Notes: generated by a model not told the origin, from the letters alone. Numbered from the stretch's first letter, positions 24,540-39,914 are shown. The stretch is DNA of 64,000 nt from Guillardia theta CCMP2712 (GCF_000315625.1 NW_005434662.1:705479-769478), one strand, 5' to 3'. Program-made: numbers and translations.

Positions 24540-26679
24540 TCACACATATCCCTCTGTCTGTGTCTTGCTGCCGATGAGTATGTCAGCACAAAGCAGGGGA
24601 GGAAAAGTGGAGATACCCTGGGAGAGCCGAGGGATCGATGCCGTTGACAACCGAGGAAAGAGCTCTCTGCCATGACTCCGTCACCTGCACCGACCCATGA
24701 GCTCTTCAACCCCCGATCTCCGTCTCCTCTTCAACCACGAATCCGTTCTTGATCTGGATCTCCACGAAGCGGAACAGCAAAGTCCGCAGCTCCACCGCCT
24801 TCATGCGCTTGAGCCTCATCATTTCCTCGCGCAGGCGTTGGCCGAGCAGCTCTGCGCGCTGTTTCGACTCCTCCACCTTTCGCCGGGCCTGCAGACATGA
24901 TGACAAGCAGCGTTACTACCCTACAAGTCGAACCTCGTTGACATCGGACTCAGTGATGTTTGCCTTCCCTTGCGGGACCCCTTGCTTCTGCAACGACAGT
25001 CACCGGCAACACAGGAACAGATACGGCAGAGGAGGAGGAAGCACCAGCGCTCGATCTTTCTTCTCATAGTCCGACTGCGAAACGCTGTTAACTCCAACCA
25101 CCACACTCATTGCAATCGACGTTCGCACCATGAAAGCCAGCGACTGGGCCACAGTTGCTCCGTGTACTCTCAGCGCCTCCTGCGTCCACATCAGCTTGAC
25201 ATCGATCAGTTTGATCAGTGAGCCGCACCTTTGCGCCTTCCATTATTCGCAGCCATTCTTCCAACACGAACACAGTCTTCTCCATCTCATCCTTCACTTG
25301 CTCCTGGATGTTGATCGCCAGGTGGTCGCAGCAGCTGTTGACGCGATCAGCCTGACCCACATGCTTACGAGAAGACAAGACCAGACCTCCCTAGGTCGTG
25401 AAACGACTTCGAAGTCGTTGCTGCCTCCTCTTCACCTGTCTGTTGAGCGAGCGTGAGCAAACCATGGTGTCTCCCGTTGCGACAACCTTCTCTTCATGAG
25501 TCCCCATGGTGATCAAGGTGAGGCCAAGTTCTCCGAGGGAACTTCCGAAGTCCCTCCTGCGAAGCACCTGCAGGTAAGTCAGGAATTCCCTGTTGATGCT
25601 AAAGAATCCCATGACGGTGAGAGTCATCACCATCCTCTCTACAAACTTGTGAACTTCAAACAGCTGATCCTCAAGCTCTTTTATGTACAGCCCCATTTCA
25701 GCGAATTCGGGATCCTGCAAGACAGAGCCTTCACTTGACAACGATGATGCCAACAAGGCCTTTCCTGCATCGATTTTGGCACTTTCGGTGCTCCAATATC
25801 CTTGAAAAGCGCTGATAGGGTTCAACATTACAGACAATACTCAAAAAAATCTTCACTTACATCCAAACAAGGACGGTTTCTTCTCCTCCGGAAGCTTCAT
25901 GGAATCTTCATTCCCCTCAAAGAAAATCTGTTCGCTCGCTGCTCAATCGCCCCGGCGCGCCGCTCCTCGTCACTTCTCACCTGCAGCGGCTTTGACGTTC
26001 GGATGATGGGATGGTTGACAAGACGAAAGAGAAACTGCTGGAGGGCCCATCGGCGCCTCTCGATGAATTCAGCGTCGAATCTGTTGAAGTACGGATCTAT
26101 TCCAGACTTGTCCGGCAGAGCAGGAATGAAGTAGCAAGGGTATTGCTCCAGAAGCTGGATGTGCAGCCAAACGAAGTGATTGAATCTTCTGTTCACTATG
26201 ATCTCACTCGACGAGTACTGCTCCAAGTTTGTCTGCGCAGCGAGTCAGCGGCAGGGAGTGGACATCGACCCTCGTCGTGCACGCTTCCTCACCTTACAAG
26301 TCACCTTGTACACCACGTAGGCTTGATAGCCGTTGCCACTCTTGGTTGGTTGGGTCACAGAGACGTCGAAACGAATCCCTGAGCCATCGTTGTTCTGAAA
26401 CAAAATCGTCAGTCACTTTCATGCGCACTCCTCCCCCGCCGCCGGCACCAGCACCACCAAATAACAATTACTCTCATCTCATCGCTTTTGTCAACATTCT
26501 TATCATCCATACCACTATCCACATCTCTACATCCACCATGAATGTGCTTGTCGCCGTTTTCTCACCATTATGTGCGGGAGATTGGGAGGAGGGCGAGGAG
26601 CGAAACTTCCGGGTTGTTCAGGAGCAGAGGGGGAGAAATCTTCGTCCCCAAGGGGGAGTGTGACGTAGGCGTCGGACAT
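24540..26679 (-). CDS. Sorting nexin (PX-BAR, SNX1/2/Vps5-like)
   Basis: PX motifs VSVTQPTK, YVVYK, VNRRFNHFVWL, FIPALPDK, FIERRRWALQQFL; helical BAR region ending VTESWQRAL. Confidence 0.9.
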
Positions 26680-27716
26680 GGGTCGATGCAGAGCTCTCTC
26701 TCAGCTCATACAAAGCGCTGAGAACAAAGACCCTCCTGTGAAGAAAACTGTTCAGAAGGATACGACTCAGGTTAGTCGATCTCTTTGAGATAGGAATTCC
26801 TTGCCTTCTAGTAAACCATGACCTCCACCGCCAATGGGCGATGGAGGTCGGTGATCCTGCTTCATCACAGCAACTTGTTCTCTCACTCACGATCGTTGCT
26901 TCTACTTCGATGTCTCTCGATCATTCGTTTTCTTATCATCTTAGTCTGATCTTTGTCCGATGGCTGCCTTGAACAGCAGAGCTACACCCTTCTTGTTTGT
27001 ACACTGCAACTGCTTCCTGCACGTTCTCCCCTGCATTCCTTCGTGGCTACTCACCTGGCTTAACATGCAACTCTCCCTCATCCTGTGCCCTCTCCTCTCC
27101 TCCTCTTCCTCTCTCCCCCTCCTCGGCCCTTCGCTCCGTTTCCCTCCTCATCCTTCCCCTCCTTTCGCTTTGCTGTGCATCTGTGCTGACGATGGCACTG
27201 TGTGTACCCCTACCCCCCTCTGCTATTTACATCATTTGGCTCTGGACTACCCCTACTTGAAATTTCACACCGGTAGTTAGATGGCCCCCAGGCTAAAAGT
27301 ACCCGTACCATCAAGAGGATGTTGCAGGGCATTTTTACGGTAATACCCAGTACCCCCATACCAAAAATTCTTGTTTCATGCACCCCTACCCTCAGTAACC
27401 GTCAAGACTATTTTTCTCCGCTTTTGGCCCAATTCTGAAACACGCACTGACATGGCGGCAAGAGGAGCAGGCAGCGAGTGTATGGGAGGGAAGGAGGGGG
27501 TGGAGGGGGAGGGGGGACAGTGTGGGACAGTGTTCATGGTGCAGGACAAGTAGAGATGGAGGGAGAAGGAGAGTCAAAGGGAGTTGACAGCATGGTATCA
27601 GAAGGAGACAGACTGGTGCTGGGTTAAGGAGAAGGTGTCAGCGGGAGTTATTAGTTGGATGATGAACAAGACAGGAGTGAAGGAGTATCAGTGAGGACAG
27701 AGCTCTCATTTGATAC

Positions 27717-29745
<2,029 letters not shown>

Positions 29746-29943
29746 ACCTCCCGTCAGGTCCACTCCCCCCGCGATCAATTTTCTTCCATGCATTCATTTT
29801 CCCCTCTCCGGGCGGTCAGGCCTGGATATGCTGAGATGTTGTAATCATACGTTCAAGGATCTTTCTGTTGTTTGATTGAAGTTCACTTCAAAGTAGAGAC
29901 GAGGCTGTTGAGGTTCGCTGGGAGCAGAGAGAAGCCAAGGCCG

Positions 29944-31956
29944 TCAGCTCTTCCCTCCTTTCTCTTCCTCTTTCCCCCTTCCCTCTGCTCCCCTCCCCTT
30001 CCCATAGACAACCTCTTCCGGAAATTCTCCTCCCACCAAATTCGATGCTCTTGTCTGCGATTCCTTGCTGTTAGAAGAGGAGCATATCACCAAAACTTCC
30101 TCACCTTTTCTGCAAACGCCGGGCAAGAGTCGCCTTCACGAGCTCCAGCGCGTCTTCAGGAATCGCCTTCTCCCCGGCAGCCTCCCTCCCTCCTCCTGCA
30201 CCCTCACTCCTTAAAAGTTTCTTCATGAGAAACGGCAAGCTGCTCTGCACCTCTGGCACGATTGAAACCATCCAGCTGTGCGAGAAGATTCCAGTTCGCC
30301 ATTCCTCCTCCTCCTCCTCCTCCTCCTCCTCCTCCTCCTCCTCCTCCTCCTCCTCCTCCTCCTCCTCCTCCTGCTCACTCTCTCCCTGACCCTGACCCTG
30401 CCCCTTTTGCTGTGAGGTAAGTTGTCGCAAACGCTCCAGACGGTCTCGCAGCTCCTTCCCTCCCACCATGAAGCTCTTCCTCCTGCAGCAGCTGATCCAA
30501 ATCCAGACCACAATCTCCATCCTCTGCCACAGATCTGCAAGCACATGTATCACCTCCACCCAGTAGTCGTCCAGCTCCGACGGCGGCAGGTCAAAGTACT
30601 GGAAGTGAAACTGCCGCAGCCACTCAAACTCCAGCTGGTCATGTAGATCCTCTAGAGCATCGAGACTCGCTACGATCTTGCTCAGGCATGCCCTCCTCTC
30701 CTCCCCTTCCTGGAGCACTCCCCGCGCGTTCCAGGGGAAGTGAAGCTGAAGGAATGTTTCACGGCACCTGCAGTAGAAATTGTGGTACCTTCGAACATGT
30801 CAGGCCACCAGCCACATCATCGCAAACTTCGTCTTACATGTCTTCCTGTGGACAGACCCGATGGGTGCTGCTGAATCGTGACCCCCGACCGCACACCACG
30901 CAGTGCTGGTTCCTGCACTAGAGTGAGGAGAGGAGGGAGAGAAGGAAGAACTCAGTCATACTTCTCATTGAAGCCCGACAGCATAACATACGCGTCTCCG
31001 TTTACCATCGGCACCGCCACACCAGGCGTATCGACCTCCCACTTCACCTTCAACCCCACCTTCCACACCTCCCCCAGCTCTTCCTCCTCCCCTTTCTCCG
31101 CTCGCTCGATGACGTTGTACACTGCGATAGCGGACTGCTCGACCACTCCGTCGTCCGCATGCCATGAAATGCAGCACCTGCCCATCCCGTAGTAGGGCTC
31201 GGGCCTTGTTTCAACGTGGTTTGCTATCGATTCATCGAAGTAGTTAATAAGGGTTGCATTGAAGCTGTTGACTCCTCCCTCCACTGCCCCTTCCCCGGAT
31301 CCCTCGCCGCGCGCCATGAAGCATTCGTGCTGCTTCCTCGATTTCTCCTTCAGTACTTCGTTCAGTCTTCGAATCTCCTGCACATCGAGACTTGTCATTG
31401 CACCGAACTCACCCGTCAACCCTCCTCTCACCGCCAGTGCATGACAGGCGCTGTCGGGAACCTTCGCGGCTTCCGTCTCCCACGATCGGCAGAAGAGTCT
31501 CAGGCCCTTATACTTGTATGTACATCCACGTTCTCCGACAAGGAGCCTCGTCACCATCGTCTGCGTCACTTTGCCCTTGACCCACACGTAGTCTCTACGA
31601 AACCAGCCCATTTGGTCCTTGAGCACCTGTCGTAGCATCAACAACCTTGACTGCACCCGATGGAGATCGCGCTGAGTGAGGTGATTGTATGCATGTACAC
31701 GCCTCTCCTCTCATCCTTGCAGACTGACCTCAAGCGCTCTCCTCGTCGACGGCTCCAGTGCTGACGGCAACAGGTCTCGATGGATGACTCTGAACTTTGG
31801 ATAATATCTCTCCAATGCCTGCTCGAAGCCTCTTCTTCTTCCTCCTCCTTTGTTCCCTGCGATCCTCCCTGCCTCCTCCTCTTCTTCTCCCTCCCCTATC
31901 GCCCCATCGAACCACTCCAGCCCCTCCTTGACCCGCTGCCATAGCGTCTCCTGCAT
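29944..31956 (-). CDS. FTO: FTO-family 2-oxoglutarate/Fe(II) RNA demethylase (3' end approximate)
   Basis: GCTYKYKGLRLF, FNATLINY, EPYYGMG, ISWHADD (HxD), WKVGLKVKWEVDTPG, NQHC...RFSSTHRV after splicing, and the C-terminal-domain motif LEFEWLRQF. Confidence 0.92.
30304..30371. repeat. (CCT)n microsatellite encoding poly-Glu in FTO
   Basis: Uninterrupted cct run. Confidence 0.9.
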
Positions 31957-32054
31957 ACCTCTACACCCGATTCTGTCCAGTACCCCTCCCTTTTAGTCAT
32001 TCAGGGTACCACCCCAACTCAACCCATTTCTGACTCACCGGGCATGGCAGCAGT

Positions 32055-33814
32055 ATGAGAGCCGAGCTTCGCGTGCGGGCGGCGCAGGCAAGTTGGAGGG
32101 GAGCGGGAGATGGAGAGGAGGAGGAAGGAGAAGGACGAGGAGGAGGAGGGGGGAGGAAGAGGGAGGAAGAAGAAGAAGATGTGGTGGTGGCGGTGGTGGT
32201 GGTGGTGGTGGGTGCATGGAAGGACGATGAGATAGGCTAGCACGAAGAGGTCGTGAGAGGTGGAGGCGAAAGTGGACGAGGACACTTGTGTGTCTCTTTG
32301 TTCGGAATGGAGGCTTGACCAAACCTCACAGTAGGGACTATGATGATGGTTATGATGATCATGAGGTGGAGGTGGGGGGTGTGGGGGATGGAGAAAAGAT
32401 GAAGTTGGAGGTGGTGGCGGCGGAGGAGGAGTTGGTGGAAGGGAGAAGGGAGGAAGGGAGGTGGCCTGTGGTGAACTGGAGAGGTTCGTGCTGACTCTAA
32501 AGCTGGTTCAACAGGCCAGCAGCGCCTCCAATAGCGATGTTGAGCTCGGGCTTCGAAGGTTGGAAGTTGGTGTCAAGCGAGAGAACTCTGTGGAGCTCAA
32601 GAAGCGACAGTTCCGGTCCAGCATCACCTACTACCTCCTCTTCTGCGCCTTCCTCGTCCCCTTCATGGCGTACATGCAGCTACACGTCAACCAGAGCATC
32701 GAGCCCTCTGCCTCCTCCATCGGATATGCGGTCGTCGACGGCCACCAGTGCGGGACGGAGGAAGAGAAAGTGCTGCGGGTGATGGAGTGGACAAGGAGGA
32801 TGGGAGGTTACATCCACCGGAACGTCACGACAGGCATGTTCCCGATCGAGGGAGAGGACGGGAGCAAGACGGGGAGGATGGTGCGAGGGCTCAAGGCCAA
32901 CGGGACCATCCATGACCACGAGATCCTCTTTCGTATCCCCCCGAAGCTGCTGATCAATGTGGGGACAGTCTCGCAGGACCCAAACTTCGCCGAGGTCTGG
33001 AAGAGCATCCCTCAGTTCCACAAGGGCCTCAGCGGGCTGGCCGTCTACCTCATCCACGAGTCGCTCAACAAGTCCTCCTTCTGGCGCCCCTACCTCTGCG
33101 CCCTGCCGCGCCACGTCCCGCTCCCCATCTTCTACTCGGAGAGGAAGTTCGAGAGAGAGAGGAGGGAGAAGATTCTCAAACCCCTTCCCGAGCAAGTCAC
33201 AAGGTTCGACGACCTGATCGAGCGGGCGAGGGACGTCCTGGAGGTTCACTACGTCGAGCTCATGCCCAAACTCTTCTCCCAGTTTCCTCTCAAGTTCTCC
33301 CCTGCCGACTACACGTACGCGCGATGGGCATGGGCCTGCAGGTGCCTTATTCTCCTCTTTCTACTCCTCCTTGCCCTCTTCTCTCCTGTTTCTCCTCCTT
33401 TCTTGTCCTCCACCTCCTCTTCCTCTACTTTCCTTCGTCCTCCTCTTTCCTTTCTTCGCCTCTTCCCACCTTGCCCCGCCCTGCCCCTTGTCCTCCGTAG
33501 CAGACTGACTGGTGCATGCAGCATCATTATGTCGAGGACGTGGGGCAGGAAGTTCAAAGACGATGTCCTGGGAAAGATGACCGGTAGGAGAGGGGGGGGG
33601 GGCAAGAGGCAGAGGGGTAGGAAAGAGTGCTGTGCAACCGGTAGGGGGGTACAAAGAGGATGGGATGGGAAAGCGAGAGAGGTGGGAGGGAGGAGAGCAA
33701 GGAAGAGGGCGGGAAAGGGGTGACGAGAGATCGAGGAGCACGAGCACGAGCACGAGCACGAGCAGGAAGAGGATCGAGGAGCACGAGCACGAGCACGAGC
33801 ACGAGCAGGAAGAG

Positions 33815-33880
<66 letters not shown>

Positions 33881-34429
33881 GGGTTGACTGGAGGGAGCAG
33901 GTGAGAACGTGTCGGTGGTCCACACTCTGGTGCCAGCAGCAGACATGCCAAACCACAAGACGGGGACGCATGAGGCGAGCTCGGTGAGAGCTGGGGTCCT
34001 GCTGGACGTGTTGCGCTCTCCTGACCTGCTGCCATTGCAGACACCCGATGGTTCCCTGCTACTGAAAGCTTCTGCGAACCTCTCGGCTGGCGATCAGGTG
34101 CGTTATCCTCCTCATCCTCCTCCTCCTCCTCCTCCTCCTCCTGCTATGAGTAATACTTCTCCCTTCCCTCCCTCCCTCCATCCATCCATCCATCCATTAT
34201 GCNNNNNNNNNNNNNNNNNNNNNNNNNNNNNNNNNNNNNNNNNNNNNNNNNNNNNNNNNNNNNNNNNNNNNNNNNNNNNNNNNNNNNNNNNNNNNNNNNN
34301 NNGAGGGAGGGAGGGAACAAGGGAGGAGCTGTAAAGGGGCGTGTCGGCGTGATCGTGCCCTCCCTGCAGGCATTGTTCGCCAAGATGTCCATGGGAAACA
34401 CCTCGATCTTCTTTCAGAGCCCCGAGTGA
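32055..34429 (+). CDS. SET-domain methyltransferase (Rubisco LSMT/SETD3-like) with N-terminal TM segment; interrupted by an assembly gap
   Basis: RGLKANGTIHDHEILFRIP, LAVYLIHE, SFWRPYLCALP, WAWACSIIMSRTW, LVPAADMPNH; the first exon is inferred through a GC donor (CAG|gcaagt at 32088). Confidence 0.8.
33736..33880. repeat. Intronic (GAGCAC)n and (GAGGAC)n hexamer microsatellites
   Basis: Visible tandem arrays; another (GAGCAC)n array at ~43789-43851. Confidence 0.9.
34203..34302. other. Assembly gap (100 N)
   Basis: Run of n. Confidence 1.
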
Positions 34430-34537
34430 AGAGGTAACGCCTGAGGGAGACCCAAGGGAGGAGGATGGGGAGGAGGAGGAGGATAGCGGGTGCATATATA
34501 CACGTTGTATACAATCACATCATCCTTGACGGGTTAA

Positions 34538-37500
34538 CTAGTGGAACTGAGAAATAGAGCGTTCCTCCTCCATGTTCTTCCTCTCCTCCGCCGTCTCCCC
34601 TGGCTGCTTGTTCGGCGTCGGAAGGTCCTCCACTGGAACCCAGAGGTCCGCAGCTTCTGCGGGGGGAGAGGAAGCAGGAGGAGGAGGAGGAGGAGGAGGA
34701 GATCCCTCCTGCTGTCGACGCTCCTCTACTTCGACTTCATGATGCTGCCCCGCCAGCCCGTTGGACAGCAGCTGCTTCATCCACGAAATGGCCTGCCCGG
34801 TCGTCACAGGGGAAGCAGAAGAAGCAGAAGCAGAAAAAGAGAAACAGGAGCAGGAGCAGGTGCAGGTGCAGGTGCAGATACGGAGGAGCGACAGTTCAAA
34901 CCTCCTTCGATGAAGAGAGAGATCCCTTGTCTCCAACAAAGTACATGTTCAGCCACCTGCTGTCAGATTAGCTCCTCCTCCACCTCCACCACCTCCTGCT
35001 CTTCCTCTTCCTCCTCCTCCTCCGCTCTGTATATCCCTCCTCCTTCGTCATCCCAATCCACTCCTTCTGCCCCCTCCCCACATGACGAACCCGTGCGGCA
35101 AGCATGGCGCCACTTTGAGCTTCACATCCTTCACCCTCCCTAGATTTCGCATCCTCCGGATAAACATGATCTGTTCGCTTGCTCGTCATCCAGGGCGGAG
35201 CGAGCAAGTGCGACTGGATGAGAGAAGAGATAGGAAGGGGATGGGGAGGGGAGGGAGTGTACACCGAGGAGGATAGGCAGGAGAGAAAGGAACAAGAATG
35301 GGAGAAGAGGAGGAAAGAGGAGTAGATGGAGATGAGAAGTCCAAGGAGGAGGAGGAGGGAGGAGGAGGAGAGGAGGAGAAAGAAGTTTGAGCTGACCGAA
35401 TCATCCAAGAGCGGATCGAGCTCAGATGCCATCACCGCGCAGCTCGGGAAATCCCGCAGGATTTCGTCAGGAGCAATCTGCAGGGACAGAGATGAAAAAA
35501 GGGAGGAGGGAGGAGGGAGGAGGGAGGAGGGAGGATCGGAACATCAATCACGTAAGTGGAGTAAGGGAGGGTGCACACCAGAGGCGAGAGAATGGCCAGC
35601 CATTTGCGAATCTTGGCGTCCTCCTTGGGGTCGTCTGCTTCTTCTCAGCCCTAGCAGAGGCGGCAGGTCGAGTCTTCACCTGATAGCCGCGAGGAAGGGT
35701 CCAGGTGCAGCATCGCAGAGAACTTGCCATAGATGGAAGCGAAACGATTGGCATATGCGTCCATGCAGAGCTGATGAGAGATTTGAGGAGGGGAAACAGA
35801 AGGGCGACAGAAAGTGGAAGAGGAGGAGGTGAGGATAAGAAGTGAGAGAATGCGGAGGAGGGGGATGAGAAGAAGCAATAGGAGGAGCAGGAGAGGGAGG
35901 AGAGGGAGTGGGGATGGCAATCAGGAGGACAGGAGGGGCAAGGAAGCTCTACCTGCAGGTTGCCGAGAGGAAGCAGCGGGTCCATCATGGCGAGAATCCT
36001 CGAGGGGGAGGGCGTCAAGTGCAGGTACTGAACTCCATGGAGTCAGAGGAAGATGAGACTAGGAGAAGAAACGCTGAGCGCAGGAGGTGGAGATGAATGC
36101 AGAGATCGGGGCGATGGAGGAGGCCGAGGAGGGGGCAGAAACTACTGAGAAGAGGAGGAGAAGGGAAAGAAACGAGAGGTGAAGCGGGGGAGGAGGGGGC
36201 AGAAACTACTGAGAAGAGGAGGAGAAGGGAAAGAAACGAGAGGTGAAGCGGGGGAGGAGGGGGCAGAAACTACTGAGAAGAGGAGGAGAAGGGAAAGAAA
36301 CAAGAGATGAAGCGGGGGGGGGGGGAGGGGTTAAGGCACAGGAGGGGAAGGGTTGAAAGAGCATCGACCAGTGCTGGATAGAGCATGACTACTCCAGCTG
36401 GAGGCTTGATACCCAGCTGTAGCGCCCTGATCGCAACCTGCCCACAATCAGATAGATTTCAGTTCAGCTTGCCGATTCACTCTCCATCTCGTCCTCTTCC
36501 TCGTCCTCCTTCTCTCCCTCGTCTCCTCTTCCTCCTCATTGTTCCTACCGTAGCCGCCAAGTTCCCTCCCGCACTGTCCCCGACGCAGATCACAGATTTT
36601 GCCGTGCTGCCGAGGGTTGAAGCATGAGCAAGAGCCCAGCAGTAGGCGAAGAAGGCCTGGCAGACGGCGACCGGGAAGGGGTGCTCAGGAGCAAGATCGT
36701 AATCCACAGAGAGGATCGGGGCTTCCAGCGCTTTGGCCCAGTCTCGCAGGTAGACCTCGTGGGAGGCAGAGCTCTGCGCTATGAAGCCTCCCCCATGGAA
36801 GTGAAGGATGAGGAAGGGAGAGGGAGGCTTCAGCTGCTTCGTGTTTCCCCAGCTGATCCCCAGCGCGCTCCTCCCCTCGACCTCCTGCCCCTGCAGGCAG
36901 CGGAAGGAGATGAGACGGGCCTTGACTCGGAGGGGCGCGACGTATCCCTCCCCGCAGAACAAGCGACACTCTTCCTCCGTCGGGGCGATGGAGACGAACA
37001 CATCCTCGGCGCCCGCCCTCCTCATGGAGATGGGCCGGGACCCATCGATGACGATCTCCCTGCTAACCTCCACGTTCGCTCCTACCACAGCCGCAAACCT
37101 CTTGGCCACCGGCAGCTCCGTCAGGTTCCAGAAGGACTTGACGAACTTGACGTCTGCAGAGCCGTACTGCTGCGCGATCCTCCTTCCCTTCTTCACCGGC
37201 TTCATCAGGAAGCCGACGCCATGGTAGTAGGCGCTGGCCAGCTGGGTGAGCAGGTGATCGCTGTGATGCTTCTCGTAGCTCCTGCTGTAGGAGGCGGCAG
37301 CAAGCAGGACCATGCGCAGGAAGTGCTTCAGGCGGGAGGGATACTGGTAGCCGTGCATGTCACCGTACAGCACAGACAGGTCGATGTCGCTCAGTTTCTC
37401 TATCGCAGACTCCAGGGGGATGTGGGTGAAGAACAAGCTCGTCCTTCCTTCGGACGAGGATGTTCTGAGAGAGCCCGTGGTAGCGACCAGCTCCCCTCCC

Positions 37501-39570
37501 TGAGTCTCTGCGTCGGGGTTGTTGAAGCTGAGCGTGAGCTGGAGGAGCTCCTTCAAGATCTCGAGGATCTTAAGATAAGACTCGAGAGGATAGAGCAGGC
37601 TCTTGATCCTCGTGCCGAAGAACACGCTGCGGAGCAACCAGTCAGAGAGATCGGGGTGACCTCTGCATCCCTCTTCTCACCTCTCTCGCTCCGAGGTGAT
37701 CGCAGCCGTCTTCTTCCTCAGCTTCTTCAAGCAGCAGCTCACCACACGTAGCTGGGCCCAGAAGCCATTCCCCATGCTGTCCGCCACGTCGTGCATGGCA
37801 GCGAGATCTGCAATCTGCATAATAGTCTTGTCGATATGCTGCAGCGAGATCAGCGCATCCATGAAGCAATGGCAGCAGCGCTTGTAGTGTTTGAGCGTCT
37901 GCTCGGGGGAAGAGTTGAAAAACCTTACACCACGTTCATCCTTCCCTCCTCCATCACCAACGGTCTGGTACCTGAGATTCTCCTCCATCTCCTCCTTCAA
38001 CTCCCTGCGGCAACAGCGATCAGCGAACCGATCACTTGATCGAGGACGATCCTCGCGAGCAACCTGATGTCCTTCTGCAGGGAAGAGGAGAGGTTGAAAC
38101 CGAGAGGCATCAAATCCTCGATCAGCAGTTCGTCCTCGTTCTCGATCACCCAGTCCATGGTCTCCTCCCCGCTCACTCTCGACGCTTCCGCATCATTGCC
38201 CAGCAGCTCCAAGATCGTCTCTGCCCCGAAGATGCTCGCTGGGTTCTCAAAGAATGGTGGGGAAGCATGCTGGAACCTGATCTTGCAGAAGTTGCCAGAG
38301 CTGAAGTACTGCCCGGCAGACTCTCTCACGCAGACCACAGGAACTTTGATAAGCTCTGCGTCAAAGTTGTCGTTCTTCCACTTCCAAGGGGCGATCAACT
38401 CGTCTGTGTTGTTCACCAGAATGACAGCGCTTGCCCCCGCCTGTACCATTCGGCACACTTTGTCCACAAATCCGGTCCTCGGGCCCTCCTTCTCTAGGGG
38501 GTCACGCCTTGCAAGCGCGATCTTTCCTTCAAGTTGCTCAGTGTTTTCCAGCCGATGGTCGGCAGTTTCAGGATCAGCCCATATCATCTGGAGGGAGCAA
38601 ACTCTCAGAGACATCTCGTCAAGTTGAATGTGACAAGAGCACCTCTCCCTCCGCATCGCCCATGTGTCCGAAGAGAGCGTGCATGCATTCAAACTCTGTG
38701 TAGCAGGAATCAGCGGGGGGAACGAAGAGGCTCGGCTCCTGACTACCTCTGCACAACTCATTCGAAGATCCTTCTTCTTCTGAGATGTATATCTTCCCGG
38801 TCACGCCGCCTTTATGATCCGGAATATGTGCTTCTGCAAACCTTGTGAGTGCAATCCAGGTAGGTATTGCAGCGCCCTAGCACCTAAGCTTTCATGCCTC
38901 CTCCTCTTCCAGTAGCGCTTCCTGACGAAATGCTTGGAGCTCACTGTACCTGTAAACCTTCCCCCTTCAAGATTAGCCAGCGTCCACGAGATAGCGCTAG
39001 CTCACCCGAAGTCCCAGTTAAAGGCATAGTGCCATCCGTTGATGTCGGTCTTTCCCGCATCGATTTGCAGCTCCCATTCCCCTTCGACGATCTGCTCGTC
39101 AACCTGAGATAAGACTCGTCACTACAGTGATCGACAGCAAACAAGCTCGTCGTCACCGTCTGCAACGACCCATCACTCCATGATAAGTTCGGAGGATCGG
39201 TTGGGAGCAGGTAGGAACCGGAGAACTCGTTGAAGGGGGTCAGTCGGCGCTGCCTCTCAACGAGGTACGGAGTCTGGATGACGAGTCAAATAAGGTACCA
39301 CAAGCCTTGCACTGGACCTCGTCCTGCAACGACGCCTCTCCTCTTGACGAGCCATGTCTCTTGGACAACTTGTCTTTCACGCTCTGCTCTCACGACATGG
39401 TTCAGACGTGCTGCCTTATTGCACTATAACTGTCACCCGGAAAGCTCCTTCTACGGTACCATGTATAGACCTCCACATGCCCCGATCTCACGTCATCCTG
39501 TTGAGTTTCAGAAGTAAGTTACTATGACTTGGGAAAGGTCAGTAGTCCTACGATATCTCCTAAGCTCCAT
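34538..39570 (-). CDS. Hormone-sensitive lipase-type GDXG lipase with HSL N-terminal region, upstream PA domain and DysF-like domain (5' end uncertain)
   Basis: HFHGGGFIAQSS, SVDYDLAPE, GDSAGGNL, ELDPLLDDS, LPHG; HSL_N-like GNGF and FWNLTE; PA motif LEGKIALARR...FVDKV...QAGASAVILVNN; DysF-like ERQRR...LLPTDP...WSD, EWELQID...DINGWHYA, FVRKRYWKR. Confidence 0.85.
36126..36320. repeat. 64-bp purine-rich tandem repeat, 3 copies, intronic
   Basis: cagaaactactgagaagaggagg recurs at 36136, 36200 and 36264. Confidence 0.9.
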
Positions 39571-39914
39571 GACACCCCTTGCAGCGGAAAGGAACGCTCG
39601 AGTCCACCTTTCCAACATCCTTCTTTCCCCTCCCTCCTCTCCCTCTCCCTCTCCCCTCCCCTCCCCTCCCCTCCTTTGTCCTCTATCCTGCTCTATCCTC
39701 CTCTGTCCTCCTCTCTTCTCTCCTCGCTCCCCTCCTCTCCCTTCCATCTCCCTCACCTGCTAGCTGCTGACGCTTCTTGCTGTCCAGTCCCCGGATTGCA
39801 TCTCAGCAAGCACCCCGCAAGAGTTGTAACGGTATAACGGTTTATGCAACGAAGGATCAGCTGAGTCGTTACGTGAAGCGCTGCGGCTGTAACGGTGAAC
39901 GACATAAAAGGAAG

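Noticed and set aside
32035-32217. Upstream Pro/Leu-rich exon that would give FTO a signal peptide
   Set aside because: It can be spliced in frame, but it is the antisense of a purine-rich microsatellite region that better fits exon 1/intron 1 of the SET gene; TACCCC motifs at 31981-32015 suggest the promoter lies there
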